A stretch of DNA of 64,000 bases from positions 960,001 through 1,024,000 of the forward strand of contig OZ245006.1 of the NCBI GenBank assembly GCA_965223545.1, read 5' to 3'. The stretch's first letter is position 1. Each line of letters begins with the position of its first letter. Under the pieces are notes generated by a model, which worked only from the letters and a program-made list of their open reading frames with translations, ran no database searches and had not been told where the DNA came from. This DNA comes from Planctomycetota bacterium (GTDB taxonomy: Bacteria > Planctomycetota > UBA1135 > UBA2386). Below are positions 60,007 to 64,000 of the stretch, piece after piece. Both the position numbers and the translations under genes were made by a program.

Positions 60007-61539
60007 CTACACGTCGATGCGCAGCCACAGGCCTTCGCCGCCCCCGGTCGCACTCCACGACGAATCACCTTCGTGCTCGGCCAACGCGGCATCGATCCAG
60101 CCGACGAGGCCGGGAATCGCGCCCATCATCGGCACCGCCTCGCGGAACCGCCGCAGCACACGGCCGCGGCCCACGACCGTCTTGTGGCGGCCATCGCTGC
60201 GCAACCCACTCCGCCCACCCGCCGCCAGACAGGCGCGCAGCATCGCGGCGCCGCGCTCGTCCGGCGGCGCCAACAGCACGACGTCGCGCAGCGCGGTGAC
60301 GTGCATTTGCTCGACCCCACCGTCGACCACCGTCATCACGCCAGGACCGAGCTCCGCCGCCGGGCGAAGCTCGACGTCGGCGCCCGCAGCACACGCTGCG
60401 CGCAACGCCTCCACGACTGGCGCGGACTCGAGCACACCGACGCCCACGACCGCGCCCAGGGAGCCACTCGCGGCGATCAACGGGTCATCGCCACCCAGCT
60501 GCGCGGCGACGAACAGCTGTCCGGTCGCATAACCGTCGACGAGCTCCGACAACGGTAGGGCACGGCACCAACCCCACGGCGCCTGCCGGCCCTGCGGCGT
60601 CAGCATCTCCACCAGCAGGTCACTGTGCCAGGCCAACCGACCGACATCGATCTGCAGCGCGGTGTAGTCGGTGGCGGTCTCGGGCACCCAGCCCAGGATG
60701 TCGAGGGCGGCGACCTCGCGCGGGATCAGCGCACCGAGCCAACCGGAACCGACGCGCACGTCGGCAAACAACTCCAGCTGCTCCCCCCCGTCGCGGCGGC
60801 GGAGGCGACCGGCCACGCCGGCGAACCGCGGGCCGACAATCCACGGCAATGCCACCGACCACGCCCACTCAGCCGGCGTCAGCCCCCGCGCCCGCAACAC
60901 GAAGCCCAGGTCGCCACCGGACGCCGCCGCGCGCAGCGCGCGCTCGGCCGGCGACGCGCGGCGCTGGTAGCGGACAAAGCCCGCCATCACCGCGGCGGGG
61001 TCGCCAAAGTGCTCGGCCGGCGCGAGCCACCACTCGACCATGCCGTCGCGCTCGGCCGACAGCGCGGTCCAGACCTCTCTGTGCCGGAGCGCGAAGCGGC
61101 GATACTCAGCGCCGTCGAGCTCCACCGCGGCAGCCTCCTCCACCGTTCCGCCCGCCGCCCCCCACAGCAACCGCCAGGTGCCCTCGCCACCGACCGGCAT
61201 CGTCAGGCGCAGCACCGGAACAGTCTGGCCGAGCGCGACCCGAAGCAGACCGACGTCGAGCTGCATGGGGAACCGCATCGCTGCGATCCACGGCTTGACT
61301 CCGGGCGCCGGAACGCCCGGGCGCTGCACCGATTCCAAGACATGCCGCAGAACGGCGCGCAGCCACGCGGGGCGCAGCGCCTCCGCCCGCTCGACGCGCA
61401 ACTCGGCGAGCGGGTAGACCACGGCGTGCGGAGCAGCCTGCGCGGCCATCTTCGGGACCGGCCCCATCACCGCCGCGCACGCCGGCACCGCCCACCACCA
61501 CCGCGCCACCAGCACGCGCCCCACTGTAGCACCGAACAC
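60007..61539 (-). CDS. Hypothetical secreted protein
   Basis: Long ORF filling the gap between convergent/divergent neighbours; start uncertain. Confidence 0.55.
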   Translation of the reverse strand: MFGATVGRVLVARWWWAVPACAAVMGPVPKMAAQAAPHAVVYPLAELRVERAEALRPAWLRAVLRHVLESVQRPGVPAPGVKPWIAAMRFPMQLDVGLLRVALGQTVPVLRLTMPVGGEGTWRLLWGAAGGTVEEAAAVELDGAEYRRFALRHREVWTALSAERDGMVEWWLAPAEHFGDPAAVMAGFVRYQRRASPAERALRAAASGGDLGFVLRARGLTPAEWAWSVALPWIVGPRFAGVAGRLRRRDGGEQLELFADVRVGSGWLGALIPREVAALDILGWVPETATDYTALQIDVGRLAWHSDLLVEMLTPQGRQAPWGWCRALPLSELVDGYATGQLFVAAQLGGDDPLIAASGSLGAVVGVGVLESAPVVEALRAACAAGADVELRPAAELGPGVMTVVDGGVEQMHVTALRDVVLLAPPDERGAAMLRACLAAGGRSGLRSDGRHKTVVGRGRVLRRFREAVPMMGAIPGLVGWIDAALAEHEGDSSWSATGGGEGLWLRIDV

Positions 61540-61603
61540 GGAACGCACGCGCCCCGGCGCGCTTTCTTGTCGCCGTTCAGCACGACCGGACACCGAGGCG
61601 ACC

Positions 61604-63811
61604 ATGCGTATCGTTCCAGCTGTCACGCTGGCGGTGGCCGCCAGCGCTGTTCCCATCCCCGCGCAACCCGCGCGCCCCCTGCCACTCGATCTGGTGCCGA
61701 TCCACACGCGCGCACCGGATGCCGCCTCCGGCCACTACGGCACCTGGGCAGCGGGCCCCGACTACAAAGTCAGCTTCGGCGCGGAGGTCGCGTTCTACCC
61801 CGTGCTCGGCCGCGAGGCCCCCCGCAGTCTGCCGCTCCGCTGGCGCACCGAAGCGATCCTGGTCGGCGCCCAACCCTGGGCCGATGCCTCGAACGGCGTG
61901 CCGACGTGGCACGACGACTGGCGCTTCGAGCTGCGGCGCGGGGCCGTGACCGAGGCGTACGACGTCCTCGAAGAGGGGGTCGAGCAGACGTTCGTGCTGC
62001 ACGAGGCGCCCGGCCCCGGTGCGCTGCGCATCGTCGGCAGACTGACGACCGACCTCGACGCACCACCCCGGTCGGCACGGCACGGCGCGCTGTCGTTTGC
62101 CGACGACCGCGGCCGGGCGATCGTCGACTACGGCGCCGCGATCGCCTTCGACGCCGCGGGCCGGCGGACAAGCATGACGACGGCCTGGGACGGCGAGCGC
62201 GTGACGCTCGGGCTGAGCGCCGCGTGGCTCGCTGACGCGACCTACCCCGTGGTCGTCGATCCGCTCTTGGCATCGAACGTGGTCGCGACTGGGGCCGATC
62301 CCGTCGTGTCGACGTCGACGGTGCGCAACCCGGCGACGCATGTCTCGCTGATCGCCTACAGCCGTTCGGTCTCGCGCCTCGACGACGATCTCTACATCCG
62401 CACGGCAAACGACGGCTACACGCAGTCGGTCCTGGTGTTCACCGACCTCAACGCGTCGTACTCGTCCGGGCACGCACAGTGCGCGATGGCGGGCGGCGCC
62501 AACGCGTACGTCGTGGTGCACCAGCGCTCTTCCAGCACCGGCAGCGCGGTCATCGCACACGTCATGGCGGCGAACAACCCGGCGAACTACACGGTGGTGC
62601 CGATCCCGACGCCGCGCGGCGCCAGCGACCGCGCGCCGTCGGTCGGCGGCAACTCGGGCACGTCGCCGCGCATGACGGCGCACGCTCTGGTCTCCTGGTC
62701 ACGCACCGATGCCAGCGGCGCGGTGCAGGTGTGGGCCGCGGGCATCGATGCCCTGACGGGGACTTTGCGCACACCGGTCGCGATCCAGCCCTCGCCGGGA
62801 GTCCAACAAGAGCCGTGCGTCAACCGGTGGAGCGACGGCTCCGGGCCCTGGCTCGTGGCATGGATGGAGCGCAGCAATGCCCGGACGCCCTACGCGGTCT
62901 ACGCGCGGCAGGTGTTCGGCAGCGGTCAGCTCGGCTCCACCGTGTCGATCGGCGCGGCGAGGAATCCGAGCATGCACCACACGTATCCCCTCGTGGCCGG
63001 CCAAGGCGGCCGCTACCTGTTCGCGTGGACTGAGGCGACCAACAGCGGCGCCGGCACTCCCAGCTTCGGCGACCACGTCGCGGTGCAGCGCGTCGACTGG
63101 CCCGAAACGTCGGGTGCGCGGCCGTCGCTCAAGCTCGAACGGGCAATCGCAACCTCGCGGACCGGTGGCACACTCTGGCTCGGCAGCACGCGCGGGATCG
63201 CCTACGACCGCGACACCCAGTCGCACTGGACGCTCGCGTATCGAGACACCACCGACGACGTCGGCGTGGTCCGCGTCGGTTACTCGGGCGGCGTCGTCGA
63301 GCGCGACAACCTGGCCGACGCCTACGACCCCAGCGTCGAGTACAACCCGACCAGCCACGAGTACCAGCTGGTCGCCGCGGCTGCGGGCGGCACCAACACG
63401 CTCTTGGGGCAGCGCTGGCTCTACATGACCACCGCGCTGGCGAACGGCTACGGCACGGGCTGCATCGGCCGCATCATCGCCAACAACCGCGGCCCGGTGG
63501 CGGCGCCGTTCGCCGGCTCGGAGTTCTTCTCGGTCGAGCTGCGCCGGGGCGCCACCAATCAGCCCACCGCGCTCTACGTGGCCGGCGCCGCGGGGCGCCC
63601 GTTGCCCATCAGCGCGGGGTGCACGCTGCACTTGCCGCTGGCCGGCATGGTGCTCGCGGCCGCCGGCAGCGCGGACCCTTCGGGCAACTTCGCGGTCCCG
63701 GTGCCGCTTCCCGACGTGCCGCTGGTGACCGGCGATGCGTACTGGCAGTTCTTCCAGCTGGTCTCGGGCCAGATCCGCTCGACCAGCGGGTTGCACACGG
63801 CCGTGCACTGA
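61604..63811 (+). CDS. Hypothetical secreted protein (735 aa)
   Basis: Signal peptide; GVEQTF and YPVVVDP N-domain; beta-rich middle; C-terminal YGTGC...YWQ domain. Confidence 0.82.
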   Translation: MRIVPAVTLAVAASAVPIPAQPARPLPLDLVPIHTRAPDAASGHYGTWAAGPDYKVSFGAEVAFYPVLGREAPRSLPLRWRTEAILVGAQPWADASNGVPTWHDDWRFELRRGAVTEAYDVLEEGVEQTFVLHEAPGPGALRIVGRLTTDLDAPPRSARHGALSFADDRGRAIVDYGAAIAFDAAGRRTSMTTAWDGERVTLGLSAAWLADATYPVVVDPLLASNVVATGADPVVSTSTVRNPATHVSLIAYSRSVSRLDDDLYIRTANDGYTQSVLVFTDLNASYSSGHAQCAMAGGANAYVVVHQRSSSTGSAVIAHVMAANNPANYTVVPIPTPRGASDRAPSVGGNSGTSPRMTAHALVSWSRTDASGAVQVWAAGIDALTGTLRTPVAIQPSPGVQQEPCVNRWSDGSGPWLVAWMERSNARTPYAVYARQVFGSGQLGSTVSIGAARNPSMHHTYPLVAGQGGRYLFAWTEATNSGAGTPSFGDHVAVQRVDWPETSGARPSLKLERAIATSRTGGTLWLGSTRGIAYDRDTQSHWTLAYRDTTDDVGVVRVGYSGGVVERDNLADAYDPSVEYNPTSHEYQLVAAAAGGTNTLLGQRWLYMTTALANGYGTGCIGRIIANNRGPVAAPFAGSEFFSVELRRGATNQPTALYVAGAAGRPLPISAGCTLHLPLAGMVLAAAGSADPSGNFAVPVPLPDVPLVTGDAYWQFFQLVSGQIRSTSGLHTAVH

Positions 63812-63819
63812 GACGTCCG

Positions 63820-63885
63820 GGACCCGCGCCCCACGCTCGGGTCGCGGAACGCTCCGTGTTTGGTTGCGGCCTCGGCCGCGCTGAG
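63820..63885 (-). repeat. Inverted copy of the 5' part of the 11018 repeat unit
   Basis: 63/66 identical to revcomp of 11018-11083; lies just after the stop of the 735-aa gene. Confidence 0.9.
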
Positions 63886-64000
63886 ACATCCTTCGGCCCA
63901 CATGACCCGGGCAGCGGGTGGGCCTCGCCGGAGGATCACCGGACGCGCGTCATCTGCGCAGCCAACGGGGAACCGGCAACCGCAAACGCGCTCTGCCCTA

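Overview
High-GC bacterial chromosomal window. By inference it is Planctomycetota-like, given ECF sigma factors with C-terminal extensions, a TIGR02999-type ECF, and FG-GAP and carboxypeptidase-regulatory-like secreted proteins. It carries about 48 genes: housekeeping genes (galM, glycosylasparaginase, mtnP, truD, RluA, tRNA-Glu(CTC), dGTPase, mazG), an LPS/glycosyltransferase operon, ETF-QO, an orphan NuoF-like subunit, an ABC transporter, and a boxR/boxC/boxB benzoyl-CoA epoxidation cluster with a small 2Fe-2S ferredoxin but no boxA. Highlights: (1) A complete IS110 element (53438-55082) whose ends, AG core and palindromic target GGAGCCAGGCTCC can be reconstructed. Its upstream non-coding region has short matches to both target and donor (bridge/seek-RNA-like), and an empty copy of the target lies at 6547. 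(2) A lower-GC island (~26.3-31.3 kb) with two diverged copies of an uncharacterised pair (membrane-anchored ~300-aa protein plus Cys-rich secreted protein), a divergent ECF sigma, and IS256/IS110/IS1634 debris. (3) A ~200-bp hairpin-rich repeat family sitting at gene stop codons. (4) A candidate sigma54-dependent sRNA at ~34.35-34.55 kb. Product calls come from motif recognition only; no database searches were run.
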